A stretch of 64,000 nucleotides of DNA, taken from contig NC_043014.1 of assembly GCF_006345805.1 (NCBI RefSeq), forward strand, positions 1,054,001 to 1,118,000, in the 5' to 3' direction. A program made the position numbers and the translations under genes. The DNA comes from Octopus sinensis (lineage: Eukaryota). Of this stretch, positions 1-33,067 are shown one piece after another (position 1 is the stretch's first letter; the number at the start of each line of letters is the position of its first letter). Under the pieces are notes generated by a model. It was not told the origin of the DNA and searched no databases. It worked only from the letters and a program-made list of their open reading frames with translations.

Positions 1-146
1 AACTCTGTCTGTTGCCCGGCTTACAACAGGATTTCCCCTCCTGCTTCCCATTCTAGGGGTTTCATTCCAGGAAGGGCACCAACCTTTCGAAATGGTAAAC
101 CCATATCTGGAGTAAAGATAAGCGTTTACCGATGCTGGGACATTGA

Positions 147-21072
<20,926 letters not shown>

Positions 21073-23211
21073 CCATTTCCTCAGAGGTTTAAGGTCACAT
21101 ATTTATTAGAGGAACAGGCAATTGGTGTGTTGTGGTATTCATTCATTCTGGGAGTTTTTTAGTAGTAACAGCTTTGTTGATTGAGAATTGAACTCTGCAT
21201 CATTGCAGTACCACTGTACCCCCTGCCACTTCAGTACCAGTGTCTCACCACTGCAATGCTGCTGGACCTCTGCTGCAGTACTGCTGTATCTCCACTGCTA
21301 TACCGCTGTACTCCTGCTGCAGTACTGCTGCGTTACACTTGTTATACCACTGCAGTACTGTTCCACCACTTCAGTGTCACTTTCTGTGCCTTTAATCCTT
21401 AATAATAAGTCAACCCCAGTATATTACTGGTATCCTGTTTTATTAACTTTAAGGAACTTGAATGGTAAAGTAAAATCCTTTGGTTGGATTTGAAACCCAG
21501 TGGGATGTTGAGTGAAATATTGTAAACCATCCAGTTTGATTGCTTACTACCTCACCCACCACCCTCCCAACCATCACCACTCTGACCCCCCCCCCCCGCA
21601 CTCACATCTTTTATCTTTTACTTGTTTCAGTCATTGGATTGTGGCCATGCTGGGGCACCACTTGAAAGCTTGTCCTTGCTTTTAAGTTTAGTACTTATTC
21701 TGTTGGTCTCTTTTTGCCAAACTGCTAAGTTATGGGAACATAAACAAACTGACACTGGTTGACAAGTGGTGTTGGTAGGGGTAGAAATACAACACAAACA
21801 GGCTTCTTTTAGTTTCCATCCACCGAATTCATGCATGAGACTTTGATTGACCTGGGGCTGTAGTAGGAGACACTTGCCAAAAGTACTGCACAGTGGGATT
21901 GAACCCAAGACCCCATGGCTGGGGAGCAAACACCTTAACCACTCAACCACATCTGCACTTATTTATTTTTAGCAAAAATAAGATCAGAGAAATGACCGAG
22001 AGTGGCTGCTGACATAAATTTGAACAACAGAGACAAATACAGGTATATCAAATACCGTACAACATAAATTCTTGATTTATTAAAGTTATCTGCACCTCTT
22101 AGAGGATCTTCCTTAATTACCAAATAGCAATGAAGACCAGCTCCATGGAAGAAATGGAGATAATCTCGTGAATGAAGAATTCTCCAAAGGTGAGATGCCG
22201 TTAAGGAAAAGGACAGTTTATCTTTAGCGGAGTCCACAATGTTACAAGCGTTAGGGACCAGGTCCCAGTGTGAAGACAATGTAAATCATTTTTTTTTCCT
22301 ACCAGTCTTGTTCCTTCTCCTTTTGACTAAGAAATGCAGAAAAAAAACCATTCGCTCCAACACCACCACCAGAACCAGCAGAGGAAGCAGTTACTGTAGG
22401 GGGGGGGGTTAATCTGTTGAATTATTGCAATTCAGAAGATGCTAAATATCCACACACCAGCAAGGATTATCAACTGCAAAGACAAAAAATAAAGAATGAA
22501 TCTATTGAAATAAATCCCTCCCCCCAGACCTCTTTTTTTTTTTTTTGGCACAGTTCTTTGTGAATTTGTTTAAGTCATTTTGCATAAAAGATGAACAGAA
22601 AAAAAATCTTACTCTAAGAAGTAAGTCCTTGTAAATATTTTCCAAGAAATATATATTTCAGACACCAGTTTTCATTGTAATGTTGTTTTTCTTCTACCAA
22701 TAACATTGTTGGTTATTTGTGTTAAAATAGTGACCACCACTGACTCACAAATTAATAACAGTATTGAATAACACACATGTACACACACACACACACACAC
22801 ACACATAATTGGTTTCAGATTTTTGGCACAAGGCCAGCAAATTTTGAGGGAGTCACTAAGACAATTACACCAACCTCAATGTTCAATTGGTTTTTTATTA
22901 AAGGATGAAAGGCAAAGTTGATCCCAGTGGAATTTGAACTCAAAACATGAAGTCAGAAGAAATACTGCTAAGCATTTTGCACAATCCTGCCAGCTTGCTG
23001 CTTACAGATATATAGATTATAATCTCTTTGTTTATAAAGAATACTTTCTTTCTAAAATAGCTCCTAGGAAAAACAGATGTGAATAAAAAAGAAATGTGTT
23101 ATTTGGGATGAATAAAAGTAGGTCACAGATGTTATTTAACCAAAGTTTTCTCAGCACTGGTGAAGTATATTAAATTGTTAACATAATCATATATATATAT
23201 ATATATATATA

Positions 23212-23376
23212 TATTGATAAAAATGGTAAGACAACAAAAGAATGAAAGAGACCTCGATATTACGTAAATAGAGGAATTTATCTGTAAATATATGTGACAA
23301 TTATTCGGTAGCCATGATAAAACTCCAAGTTTCTGATGCCGTGGTAGAAATCCATGTTACCATCTGTAAAAGTAAT
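23212..23376 (-). mobile_element. Penelope-like terminal repeat fragment (family P1)
   Basis: Inverted counterpart of 24333-24435; carries the 3' half of a hammerhead-like fold. Confidence 0.55.
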
Positions 23377-24332
23377 GTTAGTTAGTTAGTTAATTTGGCT
23401 CAAAAGCAAATAGCAAGGACATGGAGTTAAGTACAGGGTGGTGTTCATGTAAAGAGTTCAGGCCACTTGAGGTCAAGGGAGGCTTTGAACAAAGCGGTCG
23501 TCGGCATCTTCACCATCTCGTCTGGCAGCTTGTTCCACGGAGAAAGCTCCTCTCCTTCGATTGAGATAAAATCGTCGCAGGTAGAGCTTTTTGGAATGAC
23601 CCCGCAGCCGACGCTCTGGAGCAGGAGTGAAGAACAGCTCTTTCGAGAGGTTACACTTTCCGCTTATGATGTTGTGGGCGAGAATGAGATCACCACGGCG
23701 GCGGCGTTTTTCAAGAGAATAAAGGTCGAGCGTCCTCAGCCTTTCTTCGTAGGACAAATTATTGAGACCATGAACCATGCGGGTAGCCAGCTTCTGGACT
23801 CTTTCGAGATGCTGTATGTCTTTGAGGAGATAAGGAGAAGAGGCTTGAATCCCGTACTCCAATATGGGTCTCACCAGTGTGACATAGAGTGGTAGGAATA
23901 TAGCTGCTGTGAGCATTCCGAATGACCATCGAATCAAGAACAGAATTCCGCGTGCTTTGTTGGCAGCATGGACGCACTGGGCCGAAGGCGAAAAGGAGGA
24001 ATCCACCAAGATACCCAGGTCCTTTACCTGATCGGTCCTCTCCAGCAGCAGACGACCCAGCTCGAAATCAAGTTCAGTTGCAGGAGGAGAGCCAACAGGC
24101 AGATGACAGCACTTTGACACGTTCAGACACAGGTCCCATTCGTTAGACCACTTCCAAATTTGGTGGAGGCATCAACGAAGATCCTCTATATCACCGCGAG
24201 GAGCGACCAGTTTGATATCGTCGGCAAATAGAAGGGTGTGTTGCGTGAGGTCGTCGGGCAAGTCATTTATGAAGACTAAGAACAATAAGGGCCCAAGCAC
24301 TGAACCTTGAGGCACGCTGTTTCCGATGGCTG
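23377..24332 (-). mobile_element. 5'-truncated CR1-type LINE (family A) with (TAAC)n tail
   Basis: [32 protein letters not shown]; one premature TGA at 24174-24172. Confidence 0.93.
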
Positions 24333-24393
24333 GATAACTGAAAAGATGGTGGCGTGGATTTCCACCTCAGCATCCGAAACTCTGAGTTTTATC
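24333..24393 (+). ncRNA. Type I hammerhead-ribozyme-like motif (degenerate), family P1
   Basis: Stem I GATAA/TTATC; core CTGA(AA)AGA; hairpin GTGGA/TCCAC; GAAA; stem III CTC/GAG; GUU site. Confidence 0.6.
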
Positions 24394-24805
24394 ATGGCTA
24401 CCGAATAATTGTCACATATTACTTTTCCAGATGTAAATATATTGCTTTTAGATTTGGCTGTGGCCATGCTGGGGCTCCCTGCTATGTATTTTATTGATTT
24501 CAATTTATGAAAATATTAAAATTCTCTTGCAACATAAATCAATAACTAAATATTATAATGGAGATATATTTTTGATATACAAATTTTATGAAGAGTGGTT
24601 AAGTCGATTATTCAGCCCCCGTGGTCGACTGGTTCGTATTTTATCAACCACCAAATAATGAAAGGCGTTTGAACTTAGAACGTGGAGAGCCACAAGAAAT
24701 CCCGCGAAACATTTTGTCTGACGCGCCAACAATTCTTCCCTTACATTAATAGTATCTGTAGACCAGACCTAAATATCACCGGCGACTATTCACGCCCGAC
24801 ACCGT

Positions 24806-24811
24806 TCAGTT
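24806..24811 (+). promoter_or_regulatory. Initiator-like TCAGTT in the CpG-rich leader of DPM3
   Basis: Matches the Inr consensus TCAKTY about 35 nt upstream of the ATG; locally CpG-rich (24778-24830). Confidence 0.35.
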
Positions 24812-24841
24812 TCCTGTTGGCGATTTCGTCTTCACCTCAAC

Positions 24842-24844
24842 ATG
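24842..24844 (+). CDS. DPM3: DPM3 first coding exon (ATG only)
   Basis: cctcaacATG|gtaagt, a consensus donor; the spliced context is caacATGG. Confidence 0.8.
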
Positions 24845-26230
24845 GTAAGTAAAAGCGAAAGTTTATTCATTTATAAAAACATTGTCTCACAGAAAATCCG
24901 ATGAGTTTCATGACATAAAGCAATATTTAGTGTATTTGAAGATTTTACTAGAATAATTATTTCGTTTTAAGCCAGAAATCGTCGAAGCAGCGGTCGTCTG
25001 CCTTAATTGATAAACGACACGTCGCCTGCCCCCCCCTCTTTTAATTACGTCTTTATTTACCAAACATTTCAGCTTTTAACACTTTATATTCAGCATTTAT
25101 ATATATTTATATATATATATATATATATATTGGACATTTCTTGTTGAATTCAAATATTAACCGTTTTTGTCTACATTTCAATACAATGGTGGTTTTGTGG
25201 GGGGGGGGAGACCCTTTTTAAAAAAAAAAACTCCTTTTTTCCTTCATCTTCATGTCTTGGAAACAAAATCCACATCTGGAATATAATAAAATGAAGAATA
25301 ACGAAAAAGAAAATCATTTTGCTGCTGGCGATGGGGGGAGACATTTAAAAAAAACTGGATTTTAAAGAAAATTCTTCTCAAAAAATTCCCCCCCCCCCTC
25401 GGCCCCAGTGTTTTGAAATATGGAATAATATAAAGATGTGGAAGGACGGAGAAATCCCAGTTTATGTGACAGCAAACACCCTGGAAATAGTGAAAGAATC
25501 CTTCCACTTCCTTGTAGAAAGGACGAGGGTCAATTATTGCTTTTTGTGAAATAATTTTTTGTTTAAAATGTTTTTTTAACCCTTCCCCCCGTCCAACTCG
25601 GGACCCGATTTTCAAAGTAAATTTTTTACTATTATCTCCGTCTCACGAGAAAATCTTAATTGTGAAAATAGACAAATTTTCATTAAAACCTCGTATTTTC
25701 CATTCAATCGTTTCATCAGGTGTAAAAAGATTTCTTTTGGTGACTTTCAAATGTCTTTTATGACAAAAGATGCGTCGTCTCCCCCTCTTAATTTGACGAA
25801 CACCCAACTCTTTTACATGTTTCAGTCATTTGACTGCGGCCATGCTGGAGCACCGCCTTTTAATCGAGCAACTCGATTATTCTTTTGTAAGCCCAGTACT
25901 TATTCTATCGGTCTATTTTGCCGAACCGCTAAGTGACGGGGACATAAACACACCAGCATCGGTTGTCAAGCAATGCTAGGGGGACAAACACAAACACGCA
26001 TATATATATACATATATACGACGGGCTTCTTTCAGTTTCCGTCTACCAAATCCACTCACAAGGCTTTGGTCGGCCCGAGGCTATAGTAGAAGACACTTGC
26101 CCAAGGTGCCACGCAGTGGGACTGAACCCGGCATCTTTTAAGGCCCTCATGCTTTCCGAAATCCGCCGAAACTTCACCTGATTATATATACACTTTAGAT
26201 GAGTTGTAGTGCACCTGAGCACTGTACACA

Positions 26231-26264
<34 letters not shown>

Positions 26265-29200
26265 CACACTAGGAAAATATTTTCAATCGTTCGGTTTCAC
26301 ACACAAAACAAATCTTTTGCCTTTTTTTTATTAAAGATTTTGTTGTCCTTCACGACCTCCTAACTCTAGTTTTGTGAGAAGTTTCAAAATATCTGGTTTT
26401 ATTTTCATAAAAATTAATTTCCTGGTTCATAAAATATATCTGATAATTTTGAAATTAATATTTTTTAGTCACAAGACTCTAAATGTGACACAGATATGTT
26501 GTGATACCCGTATTTACCCCTAATAAATTCAGGACAAAACGGGGGTAGATCTACCCCCAACCCAACAAACAGGTTTCTTCGTAACTGTCCCAAAAATGGT
26601 AAAATATTTATTGTACGAAATAATTCCAAAATTTAAAAGGGGTGAAGCAAGTTCGAACCTTGAAAGATTCTAATAAAACTTTACAATTCAAAACTAATTG
26701 ACTTTTGAATAATTTACTCCCCACTCAATCCCTTCCAGAGTTAATCTACAAATGCAATTAAATTGGGAAAACATTTGGGAATTCCTCTTGGAAAACGATT
26801 TTTAACTTTGAAAAGCAGAACTTTATTATTGTTCTTCCCTTTTTGTTTTCATTTGTTTTCCATGGTTTAATTTTTAAAAGTGTTAAATTAATGAAAGGTT
26901 GTTGATAATTCGATTTATGATCACAAAATAAAACGGGAAATATTGTCGCTGTTCAGCCATGTCCAGGTGGACCTGTGTCAGAAAAAGAAGTCTGTCACCC
27001 AAAACTTTTCTTTTTTCTAAATATTTCTTTGGATTCTTATTTATAAAAATGGAGATTTTGATGTTTAGATTAGGTTTTAGCCAAAAGAAAAGAAAAAAAA
27101 AAAAAATCAGCCTTCCTAATTTCTAACATCTCACCCCTCTAATTTTTTGTTTTTAATTTTCTTAATTTTACACATTCTTTTCTTTGAATGCCGAATTATG
27201 TCATAATTCTCCGAATTTACCAAATATTATGAAATAGTTATTCCTTCCATTTTATAGTGGTGGTCATGGTTGTTCAGTCCCTTCATATTTTGATAACATT
27301 CACAAAGAAAGTACTAAGGTACCCTCGTCTAATAACCTTATCTCAGATGTCAGAAACTTGTCATAATACGTGAGGTTGTGGCCTTCCTCTGACACTTTGC
27401 TTTTTAATCTCTATAAAGCTACTTTTCTTTCTGATCGCATCAGGTTGTAGTAATGTTGCTGGAATCTAATTCATTTTATAAATCTCTAACTATTTAAATC
27501 CTTTTTTTTATTAAATCCATTGACTTTTAATCCCTTTTTCTTTAATCCTAATCAGTTGACTGAGCACTTATTTGATCATTTTGATGGGATCTGTTGCAAT
27601 TAAGTGGTGTGTGTGTGTAACACCACCTGAGATGTGTGTGTAACACCAACCATCACATGTGAGCAGAGAAAAGGGAGCCTCTGTGTGGTTGTTCCATCTG
27701 CTAGAAATATCAGCCAAATCTTGCTCAAACAACACCCGGTCAGTTTAAAAAATGGGTGGGGAACATATATAATTTAGTCCTGGATACATTCTGTCTGTAT
27801 AAAAGATGGGATGGTCATGGCTAGAACACTACTTGATCAGAACTTGCCTTGGGCTAAACAACAACAGCAGCAACTACTACACTACAGATCTTGTACCAGT
27901 GACAATGTTAATCAGACTATTTGAAGGGAGAGGCGCAAACAATGATGTGCTGAATCTATTTACAGCTAAGTGGACTGACCCAAGAAGAAGCAAGTTCTGT
28001 GAGAGACCGAACCAAAGTCTCTCCCTTCACACATCATCATCATCATTTAGCGTCCGCTTTCCAGGCTGGCATGGGTTGGACGGTTTAACTGGAGTCTGGG
28101 AAGCCAGGAGGCTGCACCAGGCTCCAGTCTGATCTGGCAATGTTTCTACAGCTGGATGCCCTTCCTAATGCCAACCACTCCATGAGTGTAGTGGGTGCTT
28201 TTTATGTGCCACCGGCACGGGGGCCAGGCGAGGCTGGCAAACAGCCACACTCGTGTTATCTGATATACTGTGAACCATTATTTGTGGCTTAAATTACTTT
28301 GGAGCAACTTCTTAAAATCTTGTTTTCAAATTTGTCGTTGATTAAAATGAACTGAAATGTGTATACATGCACACACATATTCCATCTTCACACACACACA
28401 CACACACATGCTCATTTTCTCTCTCACACCATCACCACTCTACACACCCCATCCCCACCATCATTGAGACGTCCAGTTCTGACCTCCCCCTCATGTTTTT
28501 CTCTCATTCTCCCTGTTTCAGGCCAACAAAGCCAGTGAATGGTTCTTTGTCATCGGAGTGATTATGTCATTGTGGAGCGCTTTCCTCTTTGACCACGACA
28601 ATGTCATCTTCTCCAAACAAGTGCGCAACGTGGCCCTCATGGTAAATATCACAGCTTTATCGATTCTTTTATTGATCTTTCTTCTGAAATTGGAGTCAAT
28701 TGAATGAAATTAAATATATTTAATGCAAGAAATACATTTCTTGGTGCAGGCGTGGTCGTGTGGTGAAGAAGTTTGCTTCCCAACCACATGATCTCAGGTT
28801 CAATCCCATTGCACAACACCTTGGGCAAGTGCATTTTACAATAACCCTGGGCCAACCAAAATCTTGTGAGTGGACTGATAGTTAGTTAGTTAATTTTTTG
28901 GCCCAAAAAGCAAAAAGCAAGGCCATGTAGGGGGACATGGAATTATGTACAGGGTGGTGTTCATGCAAAGAGTTCAGGCCATTTCTGGTCAAGAGAGACT
29001 TTGAACCGAGCGGTCGTCGGCATCTTCACTATTTCGTCCGGCAGCTTATTCCATGGATCCGCAACCCGGACGGAGAAAGCCCCTCTCCTTCGATTGAGAT
29101 GAAATCGTCACAGATAGAGCTTTTCGGAGTGACCCCCACAGCCAACGCTCTGGAGCAGGTGTGAAGAACAGCTCTTTCGAGAGGTTACACTTTCCGCTTA

Positions 29201-32200
29201 TGATGTTGTGAGCAAGAATGAGATCACCACGGCGTTGTCGTTTTTCTAAAGAATAAAGATCGAGCGTCTTCAGCCTTTCTTCATAAGACAAATGGAAGCC
29301 CATCTTTTGTATGTATGTATATACACATAAACGTGTGTGTGTGTATACACATACATGTATATGTGTGTATATATACATACACATACGTGTGTATGTAAGT
29401 TTGTATTTCCCCTGTCTCCACATGTGTCTGCTGTTTGCAGACAAAAGACCCCTTTATAGCAGTGTTGTTTCCGGTTCTCCATGTTACCCATTTCTTGCTT
29501 GTTTTTCAAGAGGTTTTGGGATTATTGTGTTGCTTGATGCTTGGAAATAAGAAGGGGTTGATGTCAGGAGGGGCACTTAAGTTCTAAGCCACTCCAGCCA
29601 TGATTATCCCATCTGTTAACAACTATGTCAAATGATTACATTGTCCACTGTCTCCTTTCTTTTCCCTAGACAGTAGGGTGTGATTTTCAGAAGAATCAGC
29701 TGCTATTTCTAGCAGGAAAAGTGGCTCGATAGAAGCTCTCTCTCTGTAGGTTTAGCAAAGTTATTTTCTACAATAGGCGCAGGAGTGGCTGTGTGGTAAG
29801 TAACTTGCTTACCAACCGCATGGTTCCAGGTTCAGTCCCACTGCATGGCACCTTGGGTAATTGTCTTCTACTATGGCCTCGGGCCGACCAAAGCCTTGTG
29901 AGTGGATTTGGTAGACAGAAACGGAAAGAAGCCTGTCGTATATATGTATATATATGTGTTTGTGTGTCTGTGTTTGTCCTCCCAACATCGCTTGACAACC
30001 GATGCTGGTGTGTTTACGTCCCTGTCACTTAGCGGTTCGGCAAAAAAAAAAACCAATAGAATAAGTACTAGGCTTACAAAGAATAAATCGTGGGGTCGAT
30101 TTGCTCGACTAAAGGCAGTGCTCCAGCATGGCCACAGTCAAATGACTGAAACAAGTAAAAGAGTAAATAGTCTCGTAACAAACTACAGTTGATGGTAGAC
30201 TCTTGGTAAAACAAGACCGGGTGGGGTGTTTCTCGGGTGTAGCTATTTCGTTTATATTCCGGGTGTGTTTAGTGAAGACAGCAATGACTACACCCACCTA
30301 ATCCTTATTTTTTTTCATTTGAATTTATTAAGATTAGTTGGGTCTAATCCATGCCAGCATGGAGAATGGACATTAAATGATGATGATGATGTTTTTCTGC
30401 TAACCCAAGAGCCACACCCTTTTCTCCTTCCTTAATTTAAGAACCACACCATAACTTTGATTAATAGTGTCTCATTTAACTCGTTAACCCAGTCTCCTTT
30501 ATACTATCTCGTTAACCTATGTCCTTAAATTATGTCAAACATTAAACCCCGTTGAGATGTCTCTCCCCTGCTATATCTGTGACCTGGTTTCAGTTGAGTC
30601 TTGGGGCTGTGTTCAAAGCCCTAATTATGTTGTTTCACCAGTTTAACTGACCCCTGGGGATCACCATGTCACTTCACCTGTGACAAGTTATATTTGTTCA
30701 GCCCCAGTTACACTTGTTTCCCCTATAAATCCTGCGCACATCCTCCCTTACATTTTCACACACTCCCTGTCCTACTCCCCACCCCACATAGCTAATTAGT
30801 TTTTTTTACTTTTCCATTACAGATGCCTCTCTATTTGATTATTTCCTTTGCTGTAAGTAACCATTCAATTCTTCTTATTCCTTGTTTTTCTTTGTTTATC
30901 ATATATATATATACATACATCGTAAAAACCCATGTAATTTGCACACCTGTGTAATTTATGCAGGTGATTTTCAAGATAAAATTTGTCAAAAAAAGACTTC
31001 TACTCATGTAAAATTTGCTGCCAAAAGTTTTCAGAATTGCTGATATGGCCAGAGGGGAAAGGTTTTTAATTTAGTTGTATTTAGCATAATTTCACTTATT
31101 ATTAGATTTTATTAAACTTTCATTAAATAAAAGTAATTTCTGTTTAACAGGTATCACATTGAAATCTGTTAAATTAGGAAGTGTTTGTGTTGTTTATAAT
31201 AAACTTTATTTTACATTTCTTGCCCACAAGAGTTTATGTCTGATCTTTAGCTTACTGCTGTATGTCTTCTCAAATCATGATTGCAAGAAAAGTTAAGAAT
31301 TATCAATAAAAACCAAAGCTGATAAATACACACAGGTGTTGCAAATTAAGTTTATTACCAATAAACATCAGCTTGGATGACACTTTACTCAACCGACAGA
31401 GTAAGGTGACCGATCAAGCTCATTATGTAAACAGAATTCTGATTGCTATCAAAAGTGTCTTCTTGTCTCAAGCTCTGATTTTCCGTCTGTTCTTGTCGGA
31501 ACCTTTGATATGAAGCATCGAAATTTTAATCCCTTTCACACTTATAAAATGTCAAGCAAACTTTAAAACTTGTCATTACCATTTTATCGAAAGGAGAAAA
31601 TAAACAGCTTTGCAAGTTTAACTCGGTGTTTATTGGGCAAAAGAGGTGCGGAATTTAAGAAGCGATTTGTATCTGCATTTAAATGTATGTTTATGTTCAG
31701 ATACGTGTGTCTGTTCAAGTTGTATGTATGACTGTTACTCTGTCGAAGGTTTTATATATATATATGCATGTACATAAGTGTATATATATGTATAAATTAT
31801 ATACATACAGATATATATATATATATATATATGCACATATGTATATGTCTATGTAAAATAAAAAAAAATATTTGAGTTTAACCATTGTCTGTGAAAATAG
31901 AAACATGTGTAGATGGATAAATGTGTATACTTTAAGATTATATGTATGTATTTGTGTGTATACATGTTGATATGATTGTGTGTGCTTGTACCTACGTATA
32001 AATCATTATTTGTTCTGTAAAAAAAACCTTTTCTGACATTAAATGAGTCAACTTCTGCTACAAATGTTTACGTTTTGGACGTCTTTTTGCAACAACAAAA
32101 ATTTCTAAAAAATTCAGGAAACCATCAACTCATGTAATTTACACACTCCCTAAAGTTTTTTATTTTTGCAAAAAAAACTGCGTAAATTACATGGGTTTTA

Positions 32201-32202
32201 TG

Positions 32203-32255
<53 letters not shown>

Positions 32256-32832
32256 TATGTGTGTGTATGTATATATACATAGACATGTGTGATTGTGATA
32301 GTTATAAAACAAATGTATTTTCCTTCCAGTTTTTTATGGGGACATGGTGGGGGAAATATTACCTTATTTGGAAGTAGGTGAGGGTTGATGACAGGAAGAG
32401 CATCCAGCAGTAAAAATCCTGTCTCAGCAAATTCTGTCCATCCCTTACAAGCATGGAAAAGTGGACATGGGAAGATGATGATGAACATGATGATGATGAT
32501 GTCCTCTTATTCTGTTGTATGGTAGACGTAGCCTTATGTTGGAAATGAAATTCAAGGAAAGAGATTCTTTTGAAGCTTCCCAAAGTCCCATCTGCATGAT
32601 TGGGTAGTACTTGGTGGGCAAACGCTAAATCTGTGTTATCGGTCAAAATTGGTGGATAAATTAGTGAAACTCTGATGTGTGTTGTGAAGTGAATTCCTCA
32701 CACGATGGCCATTGACCTGGTGGTGTGTTGTTACTCCTTGATTTAACTCTTCTGCCAAAGTAGAAACTCATTCTTGACACACTCCTCTAACATGTCACAC
32801 ACACACACACACACTCAATCTCCGTCTACACA

Positions 32833-32869
<37 letters not shown>

Positions 32870-33034
32870 TTTTTCTCTCCTTGTTTTTTTTTCTGTGTAT
32901 CTTTCTGTCGAAGAGCGTAGGCTTGAAACGTAAAAGACTTGTTCTATTTCTATTCCTGAGCGCTATACTAATACATTTGTTTGTTTGTACCCCACCTGCC
33001 TTCGTCTTTTGTTTATTTTCGTAAACCTTCCCGT

Positions 33035-33067
<33 letters not shown>

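Noticed and set aside
30440-30790. LTR-like segment with CTATAAAT
   Set aside because: No TG...CA ends, second copy, PBS or TSD found
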